A stretch of 27,081 nt of DNA from Cyanobacteria bacterium J06626_4 (lineage in GTDB: Bacteria; Cyanobacteriota; Cyanobacteriia; Phormidesmidales; Phormidesmidaceae). Positions 1 to 7,897 of this stretch are shown in pieces (the stretch's first letter is position 1; each line of letters opens with the position of its first letter). The notes below the pieces were generated by a model, which made no database searches, was not told the DNA's origin, and saw nothing but the letters and a program-made list of their open reading frames with translations. Location of the stretch: contig JBCBJQ010000079.1 of the NCBI GenBank assembly GCA_038523235.1, forward strand, positions 1 to 27,081, written 5' to 3'. The position numbers and the translations under genes are program-made.

Positions 1-167
1 GACCCTCACGAGATGGCTTTGGATCTTTAAGAAGTAGATGATTACAGGCTAAAAATTGGGGTTCACTCAATCGATTTCACTTGCCACCAAACTCAGTCAA
101 ATTCCCAAGACAATATCTGATCAATTGAATCTACTTCTTAAAGATCCAAAGCCATCTCGTGAGGGTC
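1..167. repeat. Perfect 39-bp inverted repeat (1-39 / 129-167) enclosing an 89-bp spacer, upstream of amt
   Basis: 1-39 gaccctcacgagatggctttggatctttaagaagtagat is the exact reverse complement of 129-167 atctacttcttaaagatccaaagccatctcgtgagggtc. The left arm touches the window edge, so the repeat may be longer. Confidence 0.93.
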
Positions 168-235
168 TAAATGCCCTCTGGATGGCGGGCTGCTCACCAT
201 CAGGATTTGATTCACCATTTGAATGAGGAGTGACA

Positions 236-1699
236 ATGTCTAGTTCTATCAAACGGGTTAAACCGTGGTTGAGTGACTATCCACCTGCCCCAGAAGATAC
301 TCGCTATCGTGATGCTCTCGTTGCTTTGCTGAGATGGATTTCTCGGCATCAGGTGCTGATGCTTTGTGTGCTGTCCGCTGGCGTGGTCATCGGTTTGTCA
401 ACAACGACCTTTGCCCAAGATGACGTCACCTTAGAGTCCTTAGCAGAGCAGGTGGCTATCCAGCAGGGGAATCTCAATGTTGTCTGGATTCTGGTGGCTT
501 CCACGCTGGTCGTTTTTATGAATGCGGGATTCGGCATGCTTGAAGTGGGCATGTGCCGTCAGAAAAACGCCGTCAATATCCTGTCCAAAAACCTGATTGT
601 ATTTGGATTAGCCCTACTGACCTATTGGAGCGTTGGCTTTGCATTCATGTTTGGCCAAGGGACTAGCTTCATTGGCCTGAGCGGTTTCTTTATGTCTGGG
701 GACTCGGCTACCTACGGTTTAGATCCCTTTCCTGCTGGGTTGCCAGTGACGATTTTCTTCCTGTTTCAGGCGGCGTTTGCGGCGACGTCGGCGACGATCG
801 TGTCGGGGGCCGTGGCTGAACGGATTCGATTCGATGCCTTCTTGATTTTTAGTGTGGTGAATATTGCCTTCTACTGTATCTCAGGCAAGTGGGCTTGGGG
901 AGGCGGTTGGTTGGCTGATTTGGGATTCGCTGACTTTGCCGGTTCCACCGTGGTGCACAGCGTTGGGGGCTGGTCAGCGCTGGTCGGGGCGATCGTTCTG
1001 GGGGCTCGCTACGGTAAGTATGAAGGTAAGCTGGTGAAGCCGATTCCGGGGCATAACCTGAGCTTAGCGACGCTTGGCTGTCTGATTCTGTGGATTGGCT
1101 GGTTTGGGTTTAACCCTGGGTCTGAGCTCGCTGCCAATGAAAACATTGCCTACATTGCCATTACCACCAATCTATCCGGCGCGGCGGGGGGCACGATCGC
1201 AACCTTCGTCTCTTGGATCAAAGGGGGTAAGCCCGATCTCAGCATGGTGATCAACGGCATTCTGGCTGGACTCGTCGGCATTACGGCGGGCTGTAATCAA
1301 GTTTCAATTCCTGCTGCCATCATCATTGGCTGTGTTTCTGGGGTGCTGGTGGTCTTCGCGGTTGACTTCTTCGATCGCATCCGCATTGATGATCCCGTCG
1401 GGGCGATTTCAGTGCACTTGTGCAATGGTATCTGGGCCACCTTGGCCGTGGGCATCTTTGGCGAAAACGCTGGCCTGCAACAGTTCGGCGTGCAGCTCCT
1501 GGGAGTCGTTGCCTACGGGGCCTTTACCGTTGCGACTGGCTTCATTGGTTGGTGGGTGCTGAAGGCCACGATTGGTATCCGCGTCCATGACTACGAGGAA
1601 ATCGAGGGTCTGGATATCCACGAGCACGGTCAAATCGCCTATGCCGGTTTCTCGATGGTCGATGAGGCTCCCACTTCAGAAATTGAGACGAAGTTGTAA
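236..1699 (+). CDS. amt: Ammonium transporter, Amt/Mep/Rh family
   Basis: Motifs FMNAGF-x-MLE-x-[26 protein letters not shown] (pore His 1), [29 protein letters not shown] (pore His 2) and C-terminal [15 protein letters not shown] at 236 follows AGGAG (226-230), so it is preferred over GTG 230. Confidence 0.97.
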   Translation: MSSSIKRVKPWLSDYPPAPEDTRYRDALVALLRWISRHQVLMLCVLSAGVVIGLSTTTFAQDDVTLESLAEQVAIQQGNLNVVWILVASTLVVFMNAGFGMLEVGMCRQKNAVNILSKNLIVFGLALLTYWSVGFAFMFGQGTSFIGLSGFFMSGDSATYGLDPFPAGLPVTIFFLFQAAFAATSATIVSGAVAERIRFDAFLIFSVVNIAFYCISGKWAWGGGWLADLGFADFAGSTVVHSVGGWSALVGAIVLGARYGKYEGKLVKPIPGHNLSLATLGCLILWIGWFGFNPGSELAANENIAYIAITTNLSGAAGGTIATFVSWIKGGKPDLSMVINGILAGLVGITAGCNQVSIPAAIIIGCVSGVLVVFAVDFFDRIRIDDPVGAISVHLCNGIWATLAVGIFGENAGLQQFGVQLLGVVAYGAFTVATGFIGWWVLKATIGIRVHDYEEIEGLDIHEHGQIAYAGFSMVDEAPTSEIETKL

Positions 1700-1807
1700 G
1701 GCTCAACATCCTTAAGTCTTCTGGCTCAGACGTCTGTGGGCTCTGAGCCAGAATTACTCCACTGGGGGTGCTCTCCATCCCCTTTCGTCATCTTTGGTAC
1801 ACAAGTC

Positions 1808-4003
1808 ATGTTGGGACTGGGACAGCTCCAAATCAAATCCAAAGTAATGTTGGTTTTGTTGGTGGTCAGCTTGGGATCCTCCGCTGTGATGGGCTTTTTG
1901 GTCTGGCAGCGAGCCCGCAATATTCTGACTCAGCGAATTTTTGATCAGCTGACCAGTGTCAAAGCCGCCAAGTCGGCGGAGATCGAATCCTACTTTCAAT
2001 TCATGTATAGCCAGGTGGAAACACTGGCTGAAGATCGCATGATGGTGTCCGCCATGATGGAATTTGACCAGGCGTTTGACCAAATTAGTGATGCCAACTT
2101 GCCGATTTCTCCGGAATGGTCACAAGCGATCGCCACTTATTACGATGGGGAGTTCTTTCCGCGTCTCACGGACAATATTGATGGCACGCCGATTCTGGAT
2201 ATCTATAATCCCGGTACTGCCGTAGCGCAGTATTTACAGTACTACTACATTGCGAATAATCCGCATCCTGTGGGGAGTAAAGACGCCTTAACCCAGGCGA
2301 ATGATGGCAGCACCTACAGTACGGTGCACAGTCGCTATCACCGCATTTTACGGAATCTAATTATTAATTTTGGCTATTACGATCTCTTCCTGATTGATCA
2401 CGAAACCGGCGATATTGTTTATTCCGTTTATAAAGAAACTGACTTTGCTACCAGCCTCGATACTGGCCCTTATGCCCGCAGCAACTTTGCTGAAGTCGTC
2501 AATACCGTGCAGCAAAATCCCGAACCCGGCGCGGTACAGATTATTGACTTTGCGGCCTACCGCCCTTCCTATGGCGCACCCGCTGCCTTTTTGGCCGCCC
2601 CCATTTATGACGGTGGGCAGCAGGTGGGCATTTTGGCGGTGCAGCTGCCGGTCGATCGCATTAACGACGTCCTGACCGGTAATCAAAATTGGGAAAACGA
2701 AGGACTGGGGCAAACCGGAGAGGTTTACCTAGTGGGGGATGACTTCCTCATGCGATCGATTTCGCGATTTTTGATTGAGGATGCCACCGGCTATCGTCAA
2801 GCTCTGCAAGCCGTGGGCACCCCCGATGATGTTCTGGAGATGATTCAGCGGTTAGAGACTTCCATTTTGCTCCAAGCGGTGGAGACGGCAGGGGCTCAAG
2901 CGGCGCTCCAGGGTCAATCGGGCACTCAAATCATTGATGACTACCGGGGGGTATCGGTCTTAAGCTCCTACGCCCCCTTGAATATTAAAGGAGTGAATTG
3001 GGTCATCCTCTCTGAGATGGATTTGGCCGAAGCCTATGCCCCGCTCACCAATCTGCAGGGTTTCATTCTGATTACGGCGGTGATCTTGGTGTTTTTGGTC
3101 ACGCTGATTGCGGTGGTGGCGGCCAACAGTTTGGTTCGGCCCATCAGTTTGCTGGTCGAAGACTCGCGCAAAATCATTTCCGGCGAACTAGAGGAAACGG
3201 ACCTACAACCCACCACCCATGACGAATTGAGTTTATTGGTAGAGGCGTTTAACGAAGTTAACCGGAGTCTGCGCGAACAGCGATCGCTCGTCGCCACCAA
3301 GGAACGGGAAAATAAAGCGCTGTTGCTCAACGTTTTGCCGAGTACCGCTGCCGAACGTTTGGAGCGGGGGGAAACCCTGATCACCGATACTACGCAACAG
3401 ACCACGGTCTTAGTGGCCAGTTTGGAGGGCTTAACGGAACTGTCAGCCAAGCGCGCCGTGCCGGAAGTGACGGGACTCCTCACTGAATTGTTCAATGACT
3501 TTGACGAGGCCGCTGAGGGCCTTGATGTGCTGATCCTAAACCGGATTGGCGATTTTTACTTTGCGGTGTGTGGCTTGACCGCACCGCGCATGGATCACAT
3601 CAAGCGAGTGGTGGATTTAGGATTGGCGATGCTGGATAGTCTGCGGCGGTGCAATCACAAATATAATCTCGACCTCAAGCTCCGCCTGGGCATTGATGGC
3701 GGAGAATCCATCGCCGCCGTGATCGGGACCAAGCGCCTTAACTATCATCTCTGGGGCGAAACCCTGGCGATTGCTTATCAACTTCATCAGGTTGCTGCCA
3801 GCAATACCATCCGAGTGACAGCAGAAGTCCATGACAGCGTGCGCGATTTGTACACCTTCAAACCCGCCGAGGACATTGAGGTCAACGAGGTGGGACGCCT
3901 GACGAGCTGGGTGCTTTACCGGGGTGGCAGCGGTCGTCCTAACCTGGATGACACCGTTAACGAAATTGAGGCCATCGTGGCTCTGGAACCAGATTCCGCC
4001 TAA
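1808..4003 (+). CDS. Membrane sensor: TM-Cache-like domain-TM-HAMP-class III adenylate/guanylate cyclase-like domain (catalytically degenerate)
   Basis: N-terminal TM; extracellular region with FGYYDLFLID/YSVYKETDF/DFAAYRPSYGAPAAF; second TM; HAMP (RPISLL...DELSLLVEAFN); signalling helix LLLNVLP...AERL; cyclase-like IGD, LRLGIDGG, LWGET. Start taken as ATG 1808 (MLGLGQLQIKSK), just before the first TM. Confidence 0.88.
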   Translation: MLGLGQLQIKSKVMLVLLVVSLGSSAVMGFLVWQRARNILTQRIFDQLTSVKAAKSAEIESYFQFMYSQVETLAEDRMMVSAMMEFDQAFDQISDANLPISPEWSQAIATYYDGEFFPRLTDNIDGTPILDIYNPGTAVAQYLQYYYIANNPHPVGSKDALTQANDGSTYSTVHSRYHRILRNLIINFGYYDLFLIDHETGDIVYSVYKETDFATSLDTGPYARSNFAEVVNTVQQNPEPGAVQIIDFAAYRPSYGAPAAFLAAPIYDGGQQVGILAVQLPVDRINDVLTGNQNWENEGLGQTGEVYLVGDDFLMRSISRFLIEDATGYRQALQAVGTPDDVLEMIQRLETSILLQAVETAGAQAALQGQSGTQIIDDYRGVSVLSSYAPLNIKGVNWVILSEMDLAEAYAPLTNLQGFILITAVILVFLVTLIAVVAANSLVRPISLLVEDSRKIISGELEETDLQPTTHDELSLLVEAFNEVNRSLREQRSLVATKERENKALLLNVLPSTAAERLERGETLITDTTQQTTVLVASLEGLTELSAKRAVPEVTGLLTELFNDFDEAAEGLDVLILNRIGDFYFAVCGLTAPRMDHIKRVVDLGLAMLDSLRRCNHKYNLDLKLRLGIDGGESIAAVIGTKRLNYHLWGETLAIAYQLHQVAASNTIRVTAEVHDSVRDLYTFKPAEDIEVNEVGRLTSWVLYRGGSGRPNLDDTVNEIEAIVALEPDSA

Positions 4004-4074
4004 CTTTTGGCCCATTTCAGATGACTGCTAAGCGTCACTTTCCATCGCGTTACGGCAAGGAGCCTTGATCCGCC

Positions 4075-5604
4075 ATGACTCAGACTATTTGGTTGAAAGC
4101 CCTACTCTTTGTTCTCGGTTTTCCGTTAATCACCATCATTCTGGGTGAGCTGATCGATCGCCTCCAGCATCGGGGTTATCAATCCACCGCCCAACTGTTA
4201 GTGAATATTCGCATCCTGGTGTTGCCCACCGTGGCGGTTTGGCTGCTGCTGCATCAGTTTCTCGCAATCGAGCGCGACACGATCGCGTTAAAGGCGATCG
4301 AAACCGCGATTTGGGGAGCGATGATTGTCACGAGTCTGTCGCTGTTGGGGGTGCTACTCACCAGCGATGCCAGAGCGAAATCTCGCCAGGTGCTTCAGGT
4401 GCCGCGCCTATTTCTACAGATTGCGCGGATTTTAATCGTCCTCAGCATTAGTTTCTATGTTTTAAGCGCCATTTGGGGCGTCGACCTCAGTAATCTAGCG
4501 GCGGCCTTGGGGGTGGGCTCTTTAGTCATTGCCTTGGCCCTACAAAATACGTTGAGTAACTTGGTCTCGGGGTTTTTGCTCCTGTTTGATAGTCCCTTTC
4601 AGGTGGGCGACTGGATTCGCTTCGGCGAGATTGAAGGCCAAGTCGTGGATTTGAATTGGCGCTCCGTTCGCCTGATCACCCTCGAACAGGATCTCCTTGT
4701 CGTCCCCAACAGTGTTCTAGATCAGCAGAGCATCTACAACTTCAGTCGGATCAACCCGATTCATGCCGAACGCTACTTTGTGGGATTTTCCTACGACGAT
4801 CCCCCTAATTTTGTGCGACAAGTCCTGAAGCACGCCGCTGACGAAACTTCAGAGCTGCTAGATAATCCGGCACCGGATATCCGCACCATTTCCTACGACG
4901 ACTTCGCCATCACCTATGAAGTCAAGTACTACATTGACGACTACGCCAAATTTGAGCGCATTCGCAACGAACTGAGTACGCGAATTTTTTATGCGGCTAG
5001 GCGCAACGGTCTGACCATCCCGTTTCCGATTCGCACTCTGCATCACGTGCCCCAACGGCAGCCTAAACGCACTGAGCATATCCAGGAAATCGGCGACTTT
5101 TTGCGATCGCTCCCCTACTTCACCATTTTGGCTGCAGACACCATCATGACCCTGGCTGAAAGTGCCGTGTTACAGGTGTACGGCATCGGCGATCGCGTCA
5201 TGGTTGAGGGCGCTGCCGACGAAGGTTTTTACATCATCCGCCAGGGCAGTCTGCGGCTGTCGGTCACCGATGCCCACCAGCAACAACGCGAAATTGCCCA
5301 CCTCGCTAAAAACGACTTTTTTGGCGAAACCGCCCTGCATCCCGGCGAGCCGAGTTTGGTCACAGGTGTGGTCGAGCAAGACTTAACAGTTTTGGTCTTT
5401 GGTCATGAGGAAATCGCCACGCTGATGGCCAGCAGCGCTCGCTTTGCCAACCAAATGAACCAGTTTATTGAAGACCGTAAAACCTCGATTCGCTTGGCTC
5501 AAGAGGCCAAGCGGCACCGGCCCTCGACCCTGCTGGCCGCAGTCAACGGCCTGACCGAGCCATCGGCAACCGCGACCCAAGCCTCTACGCCTTCTTCACC
5601 CTAA
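4075..5604 (+). CDS. MscS-family mechanosensitive channel with C-terminal cyclic-nucleotide-binding (CAP/CRP-like) domain
   Basis: Several TMs, then the MscS signature ALGVGSLVIALALQNTLSNLVSG...PFQVGDWI...GQVVDLNWRS...VVPNS and IPFP; C-terminal EG...FYIIRQG...FFGETAL is a cNMP-binding fold. Confidence 0.93.
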   Translation: MTQTIWLKALLFVLGFPLITIILGELIDRLQHRGYQSTAQLLVNIRILVLPTVAVWLLLHQFLAIERDTIALKAIETAIWGAMIVTSLSLLGVLLTSDARAKSRQVLQVPRLFLQIARILIVLSISFYVLSAIWGVDLSNLAAALGVGSLVIALALQNTLSNLVSGFLLLFDSPFQVGDWIRFGEIEGQVVDLNWRSVRLITLEQDLLVVPNSVLDQQSIYNFSRINPIHAERYFVGFSYDDPPNFVRQVLKHAADETSELLDNPAPDIRTISYDDFAITYEVKYYIDDYAKFERIRNELSTRIFYAARRNGLTIPFPIRTLHHVPQRQPKRTEHIQEIGDFLRSLPYFTILAADTIMTLAESAVLQVYGIGDRVMVEGAADEGFYIIRQGSLRLSVTDAHQQQREIAHLAKNDFFGETALHPGEPSLVTGVVEQDLTVLVFGHEEIATLMASSARFANQMNQFIEDRKTSIRLAQEAKRHRPSTLLAAVNGLTEPSATATQASTPSSP

Positions 5605-5648
5605 ATCAGTCCAATTTTGAGCCTTGAATTTTACATCTTTCTATTCCT

Positions 5649-7694
5649 ATGAACCCTAAAAGTAAAACCAAAGCAGCCCCTAAAACTAAAGCTTCAGACG
5701 GGTTTCCGACGCCGGAGCCGCGGCCAGGAACTGCCTCGACCGCATCCCAGTCACCGTCATCGGCTCCGGCAACCGCTGATCAAGAGCAGGTGACCATGGC
5801 GGCCAGTGTTGTCGACGAACAAGATTTACGCCTCTTTCAATCAGTCGATGTTGATGGTAGCGGCACCATTACCCGTGAAGAGTTTTTGAATGCGTTTGTG
5901 CGGGCTGGGCTCAAACTCACCGATTTACGCTTTTCCGAAAGCCTACAGGAATTGAGTTCCCTTGCCCCGCGTAGCGACTCGGAGATTACCCTAGAGCAGT
6001 TTCAAAAAATTATTCGGCCAAATATCCACCTCATTCGTCGCCTCCTGAAGGCCCAGCTGATCATTCCTGACTTCCAGGATTTTTGCCGGGATATCGACAA
6101 GATCTACGAGCGGGTCAACCATCACACCGGCGGCAGCTTAGCCAACTACATCCCCCAGCTGGCCAGGGTTGACGAACGCAATTTTGCCGTGGCCATCTGC
6201 ACGACCGATGGACAACGCTACGCGCGCGGTAACACCCTGGAAAATTTCACGGTGCAAAGCACGAGTAAGACGATTGCCTATTGTCTGGCTCTAGAGGAAT
6301 TGGGAACAGAAGTCGTCCATCAGCATGTGGGCCGCGAACCCTCGGGTCTGGGTTTCAATGAACTCACCCTCAATAATCAGGGTCTGCCCCACAACCCCAT
6401 GATTAACGCCGGGGCGATCATGTGCTGCTCCCTCATTCGTCATGATCTGGCCCATGCCGATCGCTTTGACTATGTGCTTGATTACTGGAGCCGTCTGACG
6501 GGGGGCGATCGCATTACGTTCAACAATGCGGTCTACCTCTCGGAGCGGGAGACGGCCCACCGCAACCGCGCCCTCAGCCACTACATGATGGAGAAAAAAG
6601 CCTTTCCCGAGTGGGCGGATTTAGAAGAAACCCTGGAATTCTATTTTCAATGCTGCTCGATTGAATTGAATGCCGACCAGATGGCTGTCGTCGCCGCCAC
6701 CATGGCCAATGGCGGGACCTGTCCGATTACCGGCGAAAAGATTTTCAAAACCAGCACCATGCAGCACTGCCTCTCGCTGATGTACTCCTGTGGCATGTAT
6801 GACTACAGCGGTGAGTGGGCCTTCATCGTCGGTCTACCGGCTAAATCTGGCGTGTCGGGAGCCGTCATGGTGGTGATTCCCAATGTGCTGGGCTTGTGCA
6901 TTTGGTCGCCGAACCTCGATACCCAAGGTAATAGTGTGCGAGGCGTTGAATTCTGCAAGCAGCTCGTTAAAAAATTCAGCGTTCACAATTACGACAGTCT
7001 CGATTTCCAGTCGGAGAAAAAGAACCCGCGAGTCAGCCCCATTCAGCGGGAGTCGGAAGAGACGACTAGCTTAATCGAGGTCGCGAGTCGGGGCGATCTC
7101 ACTGCCATCACGCAATATCAAATTCGCGGCGTTGATCTCAATGCGGGCGACTACGACAAACGCACCCCGCTCCATCTGGCGGCTGCCGGGGGGCATAAAA
7201 ATGTGATGAGTTTTTTGATTGAGCATGGGGTCGACGTCAACGTTACCGATCGCTGGGGCTGTACTCCCCTCAACGATGCTGAACAACAGGGACATCACGC
7301 CGCTGCCGCCATTTTGAAGGAGGCCGGGGGCAAAAAAGGCCATGAATCCTATCCCCAGGCCAACATCAAGCTACCCAGTTCGGTCACCACCGATGTGACG
7401 GCCCTCATCTGGGCGGCTAGCCAAGGCAACCTGATGGCCATGCTGCCCTACATCGCGCGGGGAATTGCGATGGATGCGGCCGACTATGACGGTCGCACGG
7501 CGATTCATCTGGCCGCCTCAGAAGGCCAACTGAATGTCATCGAATTTTTGCTAGCGAATAAAGTCAATCCCAATGTGCAGGACCGCTGGGGCTTTACCCC
7601 TTTGGATGACGCGATCCGGCATCAGCATGATGACGTCGCTGCCGCGCTTAAGGCCGCTGGCGGAGAGAGCGGCACTTTTCAGCCAAATCAGTAG
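5649..7694 (+). CDS. glsA: Glutaminase with N-terminal EF-hand and C-terminal ankyrin repeats (metazoan GLS-like architecture)
   Basis: Core motifs YIPQLA, QSTSK (catalytic S-x-x-K), VGREPSG, PHNPMINAGA, SCGMYDYSG, VGLPAKSGVSG, GNSVRG; EF-hand loop DVDGSGTITREE; two ankyrin blocks (DYDxRTxxHLAA, DRWGxTPL). Confidence 0.95.
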   Translation: MNPKSKTKAAPKTKASDGFPTPEPRPGTASTASQSPSSAPATADQEQVTMAASVVDEQDLRLFQSVDVDGSGTITREEFLNAFVRAGLKLTDLRFSESLQELSSLAPRSDSEITLEQFQKIIRPNIHLIRRLLKAQLIIPDFQDFCRDIDKIYERVNHHTGGSLANYIPQLARVDERNFAVAICTTDGQRYARGNTLENFTVQSTSKTIAYCLALEELGTEVVHQHVGREPSGLGFNELTLNNQGLPHNPMINAGAIMCCSLIRHDLAHADRFDYVLDYWSRLTGGDRITFNNAVYLSERETAHRNRALSHYMMEKKAFPEWADLEETLEFYFQCCSIELNADQMAVVAATMANGGTCPITGEKIFKTSTMQHCLSLMYSCGMYDYSGEWAFIVGLPAKSGVSGAVMVVIPNVLGLCIWSPNLDTQGNSVRGVEFCKQLVKKFSVHNYDSLDFQSEKKNPRVSPIQRESEETTSLIEVASRGDLTAITQYQIRGVDLNAGDYDKRTPLHLAAAGGHKNVMSFLIEHGVDVNVTDRWGCTPLNDAEQQGHHAAAAILKEAGGKKGHESYPQANIKLPSSVTTDVTALIWAASQGNLMAMLPYIARGIAMDAADYDGRTAIHLAASEGQLNVIEFLLANKVNPNVQDRWGFTPLDDAIRHQHDDVAAALKAAGGESGTFQPNQ

Positions 7695-7758
7695 GCGACT
7701 CGATCCCTGAGTCCTCAATGACGAATGGATTGCGGGCAAAGACGGCCTTGATGACTGG

Positions 7759-7878
7759 TAATACCAATTCGCTGAATTTAGACTACACATCCCAAAAAGT
7801 GTGTAGCCCCCTTCGTCAAGGGGGCAGCGACAGCGGGGGATCGCCGATCTGTAGCGCTATTTTGCAGAACTGATATAA
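7759..7878. repeat. REP/MITE-like intergenic element with imperfect terminal inverted repeats and an internal GC hairpin
   Basis: Left end taataccaattcgctgaatttagactaca versus reverse complement of right end ttatatcagttctgcaaaatagcgctaca; internal hairpin gccccctt-cgtc-aagggggc (7806-7825). Termini resemble those of the element at 22294-22489. Confidence 0.65.
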
Positions 7879-7897
7879 GTCCTAATTTCCAAACACT

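Noticed and set aside
34..45. NtcA box upstream of amt
   Set aside because: GTA-gatgat-TAC has a 6-nt spacer rather than the required 8.
1736..1807. Longer N-terminus for the receptor ORF (GTG 1736)
   Set aside because: The extension has no domain character; ATG 1808 directly precedes the expected basic-plus-TM start.
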